From assembly GCA_038882655.1 (NCBI GenBank), contig JAVZNT010000002.1:32001-96000 (forward strand): DNA of 64,000 nucleotides, written 5' to 3'. The stretch comes from Candidatus Bathyarchaeia archaeon (GTDB lineage: Archaea; Thermoproteota; Bathyarchaeia; Bathyarchaeales; Bathycorpusculaceae). The notes beneath the pieces are model-generated. The model was not told where the DNA came from and did not search any database. It saw only the letters and a list, made by a program, of their open reading frames with translations. A program made the translations under genes and the position numbers. Position 1 is the first letter of the stretch, and every line of letters begins with the position of its first letter. Shown piece after piece: positions 49,561-59,108 of the stretch.

Positions 49561-50340
49561 TTGACGAGTCTTTTGAAAATTGCAAGGAAATTTGTGGATG
49601 AAAGGTTCGTGGGCTGCGATGATGTTTTGGGCGTTTTGTTGGAAGGCTCCGCCGCCATCGGAGTAAGAGACAAGTTTGTAAATTTGGATTTTGAAGTTAT
49701 AATTACAGAGGAACGTTACAGGGAGGGCGTTTTCTTAACCGATGAAACCATATATGAAGGTGTTGAGGTTTGCTGGGGATGGACCCCTTTCAAAAGGCTA
49801 GAATCCAAACTAAACGGTTGGCAAAACGACATTAATCTCTGAGTATACTCCACATCAAAAATAATGCACGACCCCACTTGGAAAGTGAGCCGCCTACTAG
49901 AGAAGTTTAGGAGGTACCCCGAAGACATTCGGAGGGAGAAAATGTTCTCCTATTTTTACTATGGTTGGGCGGAGGCACCATACAACTTCGAAAAGGCACT
50001 AATGAGAAAAGACCTAATTACTGCGCAGCTCTTTCTAAACAACGCTGTAGAAATATTTACGGCCCTCCTTTTCATCATCAACCACAATTTTGTCCCATAT
50101 CGGAAATGGAGGCTTCGCGAACTGCAAAAATTGGAAAAGAAACCAGAGAAATATGAAGAAAAGATAAGGCAACTGGTCCAAACAAACAGTTTTGACAGCG
50201 AGACCTTCAACTTAAAACACAAAATAGTCCAAGAAGTTGTTGACAAACTGAGAGAACTTCTAATTTAAGAGGGGGTTCCCTCCGAAAGAGTCGGAAATAA
50301 AATGTGGAGGTATGAGCCCAAATATCAGCCTTCAGTATAG
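49561..50340 (+). pseudogene. Nucleotidyltransferase-like gene (DUF4037/HEPN-like C-terminus) with two in-frame stops
   Basis: GS...D..V.LD motif and PYRKW; a single frame broken by TGA 49840 and TAA 50266 continues to TAG 50338. Confidence 0.7.
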
Positions 50341-50357
50341 TTTATCTGCTTGAACTT

Positions 50358-51089
50358 TTAGGCGCTTTGTGTAAGCTTGGGTTCCCATTTAAGGGCGTCT
50401 CTTATTTTTCTTGTTGAAACAGAAGGCTCACACGCTACGTTAAAAACTTGACCGTAAGCTTTACTGTTTAATGTCGCTAGGATGAAAGCTTGAACAACAT
50501 CCTTAACGTGTATTTCGCCTTCTCCTGGAGGTTCGAAAACGTATCCAATTCTTAAGGCGGTTACTGGCAACCCATATTCGCTATTATATAGAAGGCATAG
50601 GCGCTCTGTTACAAATTTTATTATTCCATATGCTGGCCCAGGGTCTCCTCTGAAAAGTTCTGGTTTGCAGACGCTTTCTTCATCCACAACCTCTGCGCTT
50701 CCATTTCCGTAAACTGCGGTGCTGCTTGCAAACAAGAAGTGTTTAATTCCCTCAGACTTCGCCTCCTCTAAAAGGTTTAGGGTTCCCTTAATGTTAACAT
50801 AAAACAGATCTGGCAAAGGGATTTTGTGCTTCCATGTAGCTCCGTCCCAATTCAAACCTAAATGGTAAACCGCGTCCACGCCTCTAATGGCTTGCCGCAC
50901 AATATCCTTGTCAACCATGCCCTCACGTAAATCATCGCTTCCAACACCGAAAAACTCCACCTTTTCCTTATACTCTATCAACTCTCCGTATCGAACATCG
51001 AGAACTCTAACAAGCCAATTTTTATTCAATAGGGCACGTACAAGCCTAGAGCCGATAAAACCTCCTCCGCCAGCAACTAACACTTTCAA
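50358..51089 (-). CDS. NAD-dependent epimerase/dehydratase (extended SDR)
   Basis: GGGGFIG, ASSTAVYG, YGIIK, HVKDV. Confidence 0.88.
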   Translation of the reverse strand: MKVLVAGGGGFIGSRLVRALLNKNWLVRVLDVRYGELIEYKEKVEFFGVGSDDLREGMVDKDIVRQAIRGVDAVYHLGLNWDGATWKHKIPLPDLFYVNIKGTLNLLEEAKSEGIKHFLFASSTAVYGNGSAEVVDEESVCKPELFRGDPGPAYGIIKFVTERLCLLYNSEYGLPVTALRIGYVFEPPGEGEIHVKDVVQAFILATLNSKAYGQVFNVACEPSVSTRKIRDALKWEPKLTQSA

Positions 51090-51168
51090 TTCTCACTCAC
51101 CTTCTTACAATTATAAACAAAGAACGTATCATATTTTACTTTACATATTCCTAGATCTAGCTGTTGAC

Positions 51169-51367
51169 AAAATCTATAGAGGGGAGAGTCGCTATTGGCT
51201 TTTTTCTCTGCCAAAGATCATAGAAAATCTAGAAGGGGAGGGGGGTCACCTTAGGCTATTTTTCTCAATCATTTTCCCGTGTAGTAAAATTCTATAGAGG
51301 GGTAGTGTTTTTGTTAAGCCGATCTGTCAACAAATATGATTTGCCATGCCAAAATTCTAGAGAGGGG
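51169..51367 (+). repeat. Four direct repeats AAAAT(T)CTA(T/G)(A)GAGGGG
   Basis: Copies start at about 51169, 51224, 51286 and 51351 in a non-coding gap. Confidence 0.75.
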
Positions 51368-51408
51368 CTATCAATTTTGTAGTTTGCCACTATCAGCAAA
51401 ATTGACGT

Positions 51409-51702
51409 TTACAGCATACGCTTTAAGGCTTCTGCGCCCCGCATTCCGGACTGAATACCTAATCCTTTAGCCCTTGTTGTGGCAGCTTTAACCTCAGCCT
51501 TCAAAACATCCTCGAAGGTTTTTACTCCGGTCACCATGGCAGCGGCTACGCCTAAGCGTTCTGCAGCCTCAACGTTTAGGAAGCCGCACATGACAAAGCC
51601 CTTCTCCGCCATGATTAGCAGTAGTGGAGAAGAGTCTGGGAGCTCAACCCTAACGCCCAAACACATTTTTTCGCCAACCTTAACCTGAGCCACATTTATC
51701 AA
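51409..51702 (-). CDS. YunC/DUF1805 family protein
   Basis: KGFVMCGFLN, GVKTFEDVL, G.EAL. Confidence 0.88.
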   Translation of the reverse strand: MINVAQVKVGEKMCLGVRVELPDSSPLLLIMAEKGFVMCGFLNVEAAERLGVAAAMVTGVKTFEDVLKAEVKAATTRAKGLGIQSGMRGAEALKRML

Positions 51703-51779
51703 GGCTGCCGCCCTCCACAGCCCCTATGCTATGTTGTAATTTTTAAATAAGAATTACCACACAGAAAAAGCGAAACAAC

Positions 51780-52388
51780 ATGCTGACAAAACTCAAAGCC
51801 AAAGTGCAATCAGCCATAAAAACACAAGCCAAAGCAGCCAACAAATTAGGGTTGACGCCAAACATCGTAAGCGGCATGGGCATCGTTTTAGCCCTCCTAT
51901 CGGCAACAGCCTATGCCAATGGACGTCAAACAATAACGTTGACTTTGGCTGTTGTTCTGCTGCTTCTTTCGGGATACTGCGACATACTAGACGGTGCCTT
52001 GGCAAGGCTATTCCAAAAGGCAACGCCTTTCGGAGGCTTTTTGGACTCGCTTCTCGATAGGTATGCGGACTCGGCAGTTTACCTAGGCATAATATTAGGC
52101 GGTTTATGCTCGGTGTTGTGGGGTCTCATAGCCCTTATGGGCTCTTTGCTGGTGAGCTATTCCCGCGCCAGAGCAGAAGCAGCAGGCATAAAAATGGAGA
52201 CGATTGGCTTGGCTGAAAGAGCCGAACGCATAATCATAATCGCGGTTGCAAGCATAGCCGAAATATTCTTTGTAGGTGTTATGGAAGCCGGCATGATATT
52301 TTTGGCGGTGCTCACAAACTTGACAGTGCTCCAAAGAAGCCTATACGCGCATAAAGCGTTAAAGAAGAAAGGAGAAACTGAAAGCTAG
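51780..52388 (+). CDS. CDP-alcohol phosphatidyltransferase (archaetidylinositol phosphate synthase-like)
   Basis: TPN, DILDGALAR, GGFLDSLLDR, SYSRARAE, ERAER. Confidence 0.9.
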   Translation: MLTKLKAKVQSAIKTQAKAANKLGLTPNIVSGMGIVLALLSATAYANGRQTITLTLAVVLLLLSGYCDILDGALARLFQKATPFGGFLDSLLDRYADSAVYLGIILGGLCSVLWGLIALMGSLLVSYSRARAEAAGIKMETIGLAERAERIIIIAVASIAEIFFVGVMEAGMIFLAVLTNLTVLQRSLYAHKALKKKGETES

Positions 52389-52675
52389 AACCTTCTGCCA
52401 ATGCGGAGCTTGCGCTCTTCTCTGGCGCGAACCTTCACAATGCCGTAATGAACAGCGCATGAAACACAATAATATTTCGTGTCAACAGGTGCAGAAATGT
52501 AAGCGCCTTTCTGGCGAAGCTCCTTCGCCAAAGCGGGGTCAACCAAAGAAAGCCTCCGCGTAACCTTTTTGGCTTTATCCCGTGGCACGAGTTCCCCACA
52601 GTTGGCGCACTGGACAAAACCGCTCCTACCCTTGGAGCCTTTTGACCTTCCACGGCTTTTTCTCTTGTATGGCAT
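52385..52675 (-). CDS. rps26e: 30S ribosomal protein S26e
   Basis: MP.KR..RGR, VQCANCG..VPRDKA, YCVSCAVH. Confidence 0.95.
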   Translation of the reverse strand: MPYKRKSRGRSKGSKGRSGFVQCANCGELVPRDKAKKVTRRLSLVDPALAKELRQKGAYISAPVDTKYYCVSCAVHYGIVKVRAREERKLRIGRRF

Positions 52676-52720
52676 AACACAACCCACAAGCTATCCTATG
52701 CATGTTATACCAATGCACGC

Positions 52721-53611
52721 CTATATATCTGTTCTCAATTTCAAAATACAAGCAATGTTAGCCCTAGAATCAATTCTGGGGACAATCTTTCCAGCAGACG
52801 ACGTAAACAAAGTTGTGACGCCTGGACCATGCCCAGATGTTACACAATTTGTGTGGACAACTATGCCCACCGAAACCGCGCCTTTACGGTAGATCCGCCC
52901 ATAAGAATGGTCCGCGTCCAATATGGCTACCAAGTCGCCGAGTTTCAAATCGTCAAGTCCATACTCCTTCCTTGTGGCTTCATCGAAAAGCTGTATGTCG
53001 TAATCACCAGAATACGTTTGATTAGCGCCCAAGCCAGAACCCATAATCGCCGCCGGAATAACATGTGTAACTGGAACCTCCAATTTGTCGCCAACAGGTT
53101 TCGGGTCTAAAGCCTCCAAGAAACGGGGGTCCATATTCATAACCTTAATGTCTGGAAAATCCACAAGCTTCAAGCCAACGCCGAAAGCCCTCACCAACAC
53201 CTTATCGCCCAACATAAGTTTCTCAAGGGTTTCAGGCTGAAAATCTACAAGAACATGCTCTATCCCACCATGCTTGCCTGTGACAACACCCTTCGCACCT
53301 TTAGCATCACCGGAAACCACAACAGCTTCATTCCCAACGCATGAAAGCACGTTTAGGGCTGTGTTCGCACCTCTACCAAAAGTGGGATCATTTTCCTTAT
53401 TTTCTATGCTCACGCCAGGCTCAACATGGTCGGCTTCCCAGCCGCAAGCCAGGTCGCCAACCCTCACGTTGTAGGTTATGCCTCCAACGCCTGGCAAGAC
53501 CATTGGTACTCCTTCGGCTGAAATGTTGTATACGCCTCTTCCATAAATTGGGCTTGCAATCTCGCCCACAACAGAAATCTTAATAAGCTTATCAACATTC
53601 GTCTTTAACAT
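52721..53611 (-). CDS. DUF4438 family protein
   Basis: PGVGGITYN, ADHVEPGVS, TGKHGG, MGSGLG, GDYDI, GHGPG. Confidence 0.85.
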   Translation of the reverse strand: MLKTNVDKLIKISVVGEIASPIYGRGVYNISAEGVPMVLPGVGGITYNVRVGDLACGWEADHVEPGVSIENKENDPTFGRGANTALNVLSCVGNEAVVVSGDAKGAKGVVTGKHGGIEHVLVDFQPETLEKLMLGDKVLVRAFGVGLKLVDFPDIKVMNMDPRFLEALDPKPVGDKLEVPVTHVIPAAIMGSGLGANQTYSGDYDIQLFDEATRKEYGLDDLKLGDLVAILDADHSYGRIYRKGAVSVGIVVHTNCVTSGHGPGVTTLFTSSAGKIVPRIDSRANIACILKLRTDI

Positions 53612-53770
53612 GGCTTTCTCCTCGACGATTAAAGTCAACACCAGTCTTGAATAATAAGTTTCCCCTCTAAATGATGTAATCGCTTGGAACATAACAAGTT
53701 TTAAATGCCTCTTTCTATTTTGAGTTGAGTGAACAGCGAAGCGCATAAAACCGAACAGTGGCGAAGGTCA

Positions 53771-54361
53771 ATGGCTGAAATTGGTTTAAGGTCGAGAATG
53801 CTGGTTAAAGATGTCATGAGCAGCCCAGTGATAACCGTGGAGGAAGACGCTACAGCAAACCGCGTAGCAGAACTCATGGACAAGCACGGATTAGGATGTA
53901 TAATAGTAACCAGCAAGGAAGGAAAACCCATAGGAATCATAACCGAAAGAGACCTTGTTACGAGAGTTCTTGCAAAAAACGTTAAACCCGACACCTTAAA
54001 GGCAAAAGACGTTATGACCACTCCGCTCATAACAATAGAACCAGACGAAACAATAAGCGAAGCCGCCAGAAAAATGAGCAGACTAAACATCAGAAGGCTA
54101 GGCGTCATCTACAGAGGACAACTTATCGGGATTCTGTCAAGCAAAGATATATTGGCAGTAATGCCAGAACTTATTGAAACGATACAAGAAAGAGCCCTCA
54201 TAGAGGGAGAAAACCTAGCCCAAACAACCATAACAGAAGAGGAGGGAGAGTCCTCTTTGGCTGGATACTGCGACCGCTGTGGTGGATGGTCAGACAACCT
54301 TAAAGAGGTGGATGGAGAATTCCTCTGCGAAGACTGCAGAGCCGAATTGGAAAGCGAATAA
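53771..54361 (+). CDS. CBS-pair protein with C-terminal Zn ribbon
   Basis: GIITERD CBS motifs; CDRC...CEDC. Confidence 0.9.
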   Translation: MAEIGLRSRMLVKDVMSSPVITVEEDATANRVAELMDKHGLGCIIVTSKEGKPIGIITERDLVTRVLAKNVKPDTLKAKDVMTTPLITIEPDETISEAARKMSRLNIRRLGVIYRGQLIGILSSKDILAVMPELIETIQERALIEGENLAQTTITEEEGESSLAGYCDRCGGWSDNLKEVDGEFLCEDCRAELESE

Positions 54362-54384
54362 AAAGGGTTTAAAGGGGAGATTTT

Positions 54385-55170
54385 TTGCGTGTCAAAGAAA
54401 TACTGAATGAAAAGCACCCCCTTATTTATGATGATGAGCTTGCAACAAAAGCCCGCGCTCTCATCCGCGACCTCTCCCTAAGAATATTGCCGGTCACAAA
54501 TAAGGATAGAAAACTTTTGGGAATAGTCTCCCGCAGTGCAGTTATGACTATATCCTCATCTGTTTCGCCAATAAAGGTAAAGGGCATAATGACGAATCCA
54601 AAGCATGTTGCTATAACAGAAGATGACGCCTTCGAAACAGTTAGGGCCATGTTGCGTGTAGACGAGTGGTGTACACCAGTTGTAAATAACCGAACAGAAA
54701 ACCTATTGAAAGGAGTTTTAGGCTTAGAAAACTTCATAGAAAACATAATTAAAACAAGCCCTGAAAAACTTGCCAAGCCAGTTTCAGAAATAATGACGAC
54801 AAACCTTCTGACGTGTTCTCCAGACGACGAGGTTGACAATGTCTGGCGCCTAATGCAAAACAAATCGTTAGCGGGACTTCCAGTTACTGCCAAAAACAAG
54901 CTTGTGGGTATTGTGACGCAGAAAGACATGCTTGAAAGCGGGGCGCTTATGCCAACATTTGAGTCGCACAAAGGAAGATTCAAGGCTTCAACGAAGATTT
55001 CAGCCCTTATGAAGACGAACGTGATAGCTGTCCAGCCTTCAGTAAAGGTGATAAGAGTTGCAAAAGTGATGGTTTCAAAGGATATTGGGCGGGTTCCAGT
55101 CATAGACATAGACGGAAGACTAATAGGCATAGTGGACCGAGAAGACGTAGCAAGGCTCATAATCAAGTGA
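54385..55170 (+). CDS. CBS domain protein (4 CBS)
   Basis: Repeated LPV...GIV motifs. Confidence 0.9.
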   Translation: MRVKEILNEKHPLIYDDELATKARALIRDLSLRILPVTNKDRKLLGIVSRSAVMTISSSVSPIKVKGIMTNPKHVAITEDDAFETVRAMLRVDEWCTPVVNNRTENLLKGVLGLENFIENIIKTSPEKLAKPVSEIMTTNLLTCSPDDEVDNVWRLMQNKSLAGLPVTAKNKLVGIVTQKDMLESGALMPTFESHKGRFKASTKISALMKTNVIAVQPSVKVIRVAKVMVSKDIGRVPVIDIDGRLIGIVDREDVARLIIK

Positions 55171-55171
55171 G

Positions 55172-56092
55172 ATGGGAATAAAAATGAGTAGAGAAACTTT
55201 TAGGAGAACATTAAGAGGCAAAGGACCAGTCTCATTGAAGGGTGCAACCGCCAAAAAACGCGAAGGGGACGTAATGCACATAGCAAAAAGCCCAGTCATA
55301 ACAATGACCCTAACAACACCCATACACGACGCCATAAAAATAATGGCAAAAGAGGGATTCCGCAGAATCCCCATCGCAGACCCAGGCACAAAAACCTTAG
55401 CGGGCATAGTAACAGCCACCGACATAGTTGACTATCTCGGCGGAGGAAAAAAATTCGAAATAGTCCAACAGAAGTTTTCCGGAAACATATTCAAAGCCAT
55501 AAACGAACCAATAAAACTCGTAATGAACCAAAAAGTTTTCGCCGTTAAAACCACAGCGGACATAAGCGAAACAATCCAGCTTATGAAAGAGAAGAATGTT
55601 GGCGGCTTGCCGGTTGTGGACGCAGAAAATCATGTTAGGGCAATAGTCACTGAAAGGGATGTAGCCCGCATGTTCGCAGACAGAATAAGCGGAATAAAAG
55701 TTTCACAGTTAATGACTGAGAAAGTGGTAACGGCTCTACCCAAAACAACAATCTTCGAAGCAGAAAAAACTATGATTGGACAAGGCTTCAGAAGACTCCC
55801 AATAGTTTCAGACGGCAAAGTCGTAGGCATAGTAACATCCATGGACATAATACGCTTCTTCGGCTCAGGCGAAGTCTTCAAACATCTAAGATCAGGGACG
55901 ATAATGCAAGTTCTAAACACATCAGCCCTTGAAATCGCAACAAAAGAAGTCGCAACAATTGCACCGGACGCGGATGTCGGACAAGCAGCAAAAATTATGA
56001 GGGAGAAAAACCTTGGGGCTTTACCAGTAGTCCAAAATGAGAGGCTTGTTGGCATAGTAACCGAAAGGGACTTCTTCAAAATAATCGAATAA
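55172..56092 (+). CDS. CBS domain protein (4 CBS)
   Basis: GFRRIPI, GFRRLPI, GIVTERD. Confidence 0.9.
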   Translation: MGIKMSRETFRRTLRGKGPVSLKGATAKKREGDVMHIAKSPVITMTLTTPIHDAIKIMAKEGFRRIPIADPGTKTLAGIVTATDIVDYLGGGKKFEIVQQKFSGNIFKAINEPIKLVMNQKVFAVKTTADISETIQLMKEKNVGGLPVVDAENHVRAIVTERDVARMFADRISGIKVSQLMTEKVVTALPKTTIFEAEKTMIGQGFRRLPIVSDGKVVGIVTSMDIIRFFGSGEVFKHLRSGTIMQVLNTSALEIATKEVATIAPDADVGQAAKIMREKNLGALPVVQNERLVGIVTERDFFKIIE

Positions 56093-56104
56093 CTAGGCAA
56101 TTTT

Positions 56105-57175
56105 ATGCCAAAGGAAGCGCTCTGCCTCAAAGTTCCAAAAATTAACGGTGAAAAAGTCATAACAACAGCCCACAAATTAGGGTTAGTTAACAAAGAACTG
56201 GAAGTCAAAAGAGGCTACAACTACATTTATATTCCCCTCACAAAAAGCCCCTCGCAAGAAGAAATTCAAGCTATCCAAAAACAAGTCATAAGACTTGAAA
56301 TCATAACCCACACGTTTCCAGAACGGAAAAAGCAGCCACCAACGGTTATTAAAATTTTAGAAGAAAAACTTCCGCCGCACTTGTTGGCTTGTGTTCCCCG
56401 AGCCCTGGATATCGTCGGCGACATAGCCATAATTGAGATTCCACCAGAACTTGAAACCCACAAAACAGAAATTGGAAACGCCATCCTGCAAGTCCACAAA
56501 AACGTGCGAACAGTTCTCGCCAAAGCCGGAGCAATAAAAGGCAAATACCGAACAAGGCAATACACGGTCATAGCCGGAGAGCCAAAAACAGAAACTATAC
56601 ACAAAGAGCACAACTGCAGGTATTATGTGGATCTAGCCAAAGCCTACTTCTCGCCACGTCTATCCCACGAGCACAAACGCGTGGCATCAACCGTTAAGGA
56701 GGGCGAAACGGTCATAGACATGTTCGCTGGAGTCGGCCCCTTCTCAATCCTCATAGCAAAAATTCATGAGCGAGTTAAAGTTTACGCCGTAGACATAAAC
56801 CCAGAAGCCTTCGCCTTGCTCGAAAAGAATGTTAGGCTTAACAGAGTTGAGGGAAAAGTTCATCCAATCCTAGGCAACGCAAAACAAATCATTAAACAAA
56901 AACTTCGTGGATTAGCCGACCGCGTTATTATGAACTTGCCGGAAAAAGCCATAGAGTTCGTCGAAACCGCATGCGAAGCACTAAAACCAGAGGGGGGCAA
57001 CATACACTTCTATAGCTTCGTTACAGTAGAAGAGCCCTTGGAAAAATTGGAGCAACAATTCAGAAAAGAGGTTGAAAAGTCGGGTAGAAGTATAGCGAGA
57101 ATCCTTTTCTCAAGAACTGTTCGCGAAACAGCCCCATACAAATGGCAAGCCGTCTTAGACGCTGAAATTCGCTAA
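56105..57175 (+). CDS. trm5: tRNA (guanine-37-N1)-methyltransferase Trm5 family
   Basis: DIVGDIA, YFSPRL, DMFAGVGPF, DINP, IMNLP. Confidence 0.9.
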   Translation: MPKEALCLKVPKINGEKVITTAHKLGLVNKELEVKRGYNYIYIPLTKSPSQEEIQAIQKQVIRLEIITHTFPERKKQPPTVIKILEEKLPPHLLACVPRALDIVGDIAIIEIPPELETHKTEIGNAILQVHKNVRTVLAKAGAIKGKYRTRQYTVIAGEPKTETIHKEHNCRYYVDLAKAYFSPRLSHEHKRVASTVKEGETVIDMFAGVGPFSILIAKIHERVKVYAVDINPEAFALLEKNVRLNRVEGKVHPILGNAKQIIKQKLRGLADRVIMNLPEKAIEFVETACEALKPEGGNIHFYSFVTVEEPLEKLEQQFRKEVEKSGRSIARILFSRTVRETAPYKWQAVLDAEIR

Positions 57176-57597
57176 ACCTCAACGGTTAAAGTTACCCTAA
57201 CCAGTTGTGCCGGGTTCTGAAGTCTCCTAACAAGAGCCCTTGACAAGTTGCAAGCCGCTTTATCCGCATTAATTGCCAAAGTTCTACTGCAAATGTATCC
57301 ACTCTTTCTCACAACCATATCCGTCGGATGCGACAATATCAACCTAGGGCTCCCAAAGGCCTTCACAAAGTCAACAACACCGCCAGCATCTATAAGAATC
57401 GTAAGTCTCGCGTCCTCTCTACGGAGAAAATTCCTGAACTCTGGTTTTAAGTCCAATAAGCCTTTATCAGCTGAAACCGCAACAATACAGTCGCCTCTAA
57501 CGGTTAGCTCTTTCTCCTTAGTTATCTCAAGCGTGGTGATGTGGGATGCTCTTATGTTCTCATGCCCAAACGCCGTTATAACTTCGGCTACTCTCAT
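57172..57597 (-). CDS. DUF371 family protein
   Basis: GHENI.A.H.TTLEIT, RGDCI, RKS...RTL. Confidence 0.88.
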   Translation of the reverse strand: MRVAEVITAFGHENIRASHITTLEITKEKELTVRGDCIVAVSADKGLLDLKPEFRNFLRREDARLTILIDAGGVVDFVKAFGSPRLILSHPTDMVVRKSGYICSRTLAINADKAACNLSRALVRRLQNPAQLVRVTLTVEV

Positions 57598-57610
57598 AAA
57601 AGCGCCCTTA

Positions 57611-58057
57611 TTACAGTTCCTTCGCAAGATACAACGCCGTTTTGGTATCATCATAGAGCTTTTCGTTGTAGCCGCAGATTCTGAAGCCATTTTTCAAATA
57701 GAGGTTTAAGGCTGGAATGTTGTCTATTACGGTGTCAAACATGAGAACCCTTGCGCCGTTTTCCCTCGCAAAATCCTCCATGGTCTTCAGTAGAAGAGAG
57801 CCTATTCCTCTACGCCTATAACCAACATCAACAAGAAGACTTATCACATAGGCACTCTTATTCCATCTATAAACATGCACCCTAGAAAAACCTACAATCT
57901 CGCCACTTTCCTCAGCGACAAAGAATCTGCACTTCTCATTGGGGCTTTCAAAATTGAAGATAGCCTCTAAATCCTCATTTAAAGGCTCCTTATTCTTTTT
58001 AATCAGCTCTACTATTTTGGGCAGATCCGGCAGCTTTGCTATTCGAATTTTTGGCAT
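57611..58057 (-). CDS. GNAT N-acetyltransferase
   Basis: V...YRRRGIG, N.PA..LY.K.GF. Confidence 0.9.
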   Translation of the reverse strand: MPKIRIAKLPDLPKIVELIKKNKEPLNEDLEAIFNFESPNEKCRFFVAEESGEIVGFSRVHVYRWNKSAYVISLLVDVGYRRRGIGSLLLKTMEDFARENGARVLMFDTVIDNIPALNLYLKNGFRICGYNEKLYDDTKTALYLAKEL

Positions 58058-59022
58058 TACTCCAAAACCTCTATTGAGTCAACTTTCCCATCGCCGTCCA
58101 AATCAAAGCCTTGAATTACTTTGGCAAACGTGTCCTCGCCTCTATAATTCCCCAAGGTCTTTTCATGGAAGTTCGTCAACGCCAAAACACACGCCTTAGT
58201 GCCAACAGCCTTATTCCCAGCCAAAACCACAACCCGTTTGCTCCTGTCCCATGGATTAACAATCTTCGCCACAAGCCCAACAGCATCAGACGTATAAACC
58301 TGCCCGGTCTTAGCTGAAACCAAACCACCAAACAAGAAACCCTGCTCAGACGGTTGCATATCAAACTTTAAAGGCAGATACTCATTCAACTCTTGAGTTA
58401 AAAGGTTTGTTCCTGGTCCACCCACAAGAATTAGATTGTTTTTCTCCTCTTTTTCAGCCTTAACGTCCACGTCAAGTTTCACAGCAAAATCTTCGGGCAT
58501 CCAAGTGAATTGTCCAAGAAAGAAAGCCAAATGAGAAGCATAATGCCCATCCCGAGCACTCGTTTTGAAAGGTCCATGAGGAGTTGGGCTACCCACAACA
58601 ATTTTGCCATCAAAGCATCCATCTTTGCGAATGAACTCGCTGAAAAATCTTCGGACTTGCTCGCTGAGGCTGACCAGCGGAAGTTTCTCCATAGCTTTGT
58701 ATCCCTTTGGTAGTTCTATCCCGAAGGCTGGCGAGGCAGCCATGTAATATTTGGCTATGGCTCCCTTTTTCTCCTCTTGTCTTGCAACGGTTACGGCTCC
58801 AGCCTTAATCAACTTCCTTATATGATAGTAAACCTTCTGCTCGTGGATTCCCAGCTCCTTTGCAATTTCAAGAGGGTACATCGCCCTCTCAGAAAGCATG
58901 ACTAAAATTTTCCAGCTAAGCCTATTCAAAATAAGTTTAAGCTTTTGCGGATCATCGAAAACCCTAATCTCCTTAACCCTCTGCGCCTTGCCATCATCAT
59001 GCAACAGCAGTTTTTTACCCAT
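58057..59022 (-). CDS. ArsR-type HTH transcriptional regulator with C-terminal putative ligand-binding domain
   Basis: MYPLEIAKELGIHEQKVYYHIRKL HTH; VVGSP, LILVGGP.TN; start moved to ATG 59022. Confidence 0.8.
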   Translation of the reverse strand: MGKKLLLHDDGKAQRVKEIRVFDDPQKLKLILNRLSWKILVMLSERAMYPLEIAKELGIHEQKVYYHIRKLIKAGAVTVARQEEKKGAIAKYYMAASPAFGIELPKGYKAMEKLPLVSLSEQVRRFFSEFIRKDGCFDGKIVVGSPTPHGPFKTSARDGHYASHLAFFLGQFTWMPEDFAVKLDVDVKAEKEEKNNLILVGGPGTNLLTQELNEYLPLKFDMQPSEQGFLFGGLVSAKTGQVYTSDAVGLVAKIVNPWDRSKRVVVLAGNKAVGTKACVLALTNFHEKTLGNYRGEDTFAKVIQGFDLDGDGKVDSIEVLE

Positions 59023-59108
59023 GGTTTTCCATATGCATAAGCACGCCCCGTTATTAAAATTTTTATTACGGTGAATAAAGAGATAACCACACAAGCCGTA
59101 AAAGAAGG

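Noticed and set aside
49840-49842. In-frame TGA as selenocysteine or genetic-code reassignment
   Set aside because: TGA ends ordinary genes here (e.g. korA, pyrF), the same gene also has an in-frame TAA, and the context suggests TGG to TGA
51169-51367. Repeat cluster as a CRISPR array
   Set aside because: Repeats are only about 16 nt and degenerate, the period varies from 55 to 65 nt, and no cas genes are in the window
54426-55166. Long antisense ORFs (also 9633-10301, 8548-9087, 32296-32838, 55630-56208)
   Set aside because: They are shadows on the opposite strand of well-supported genes and carry no family motifs
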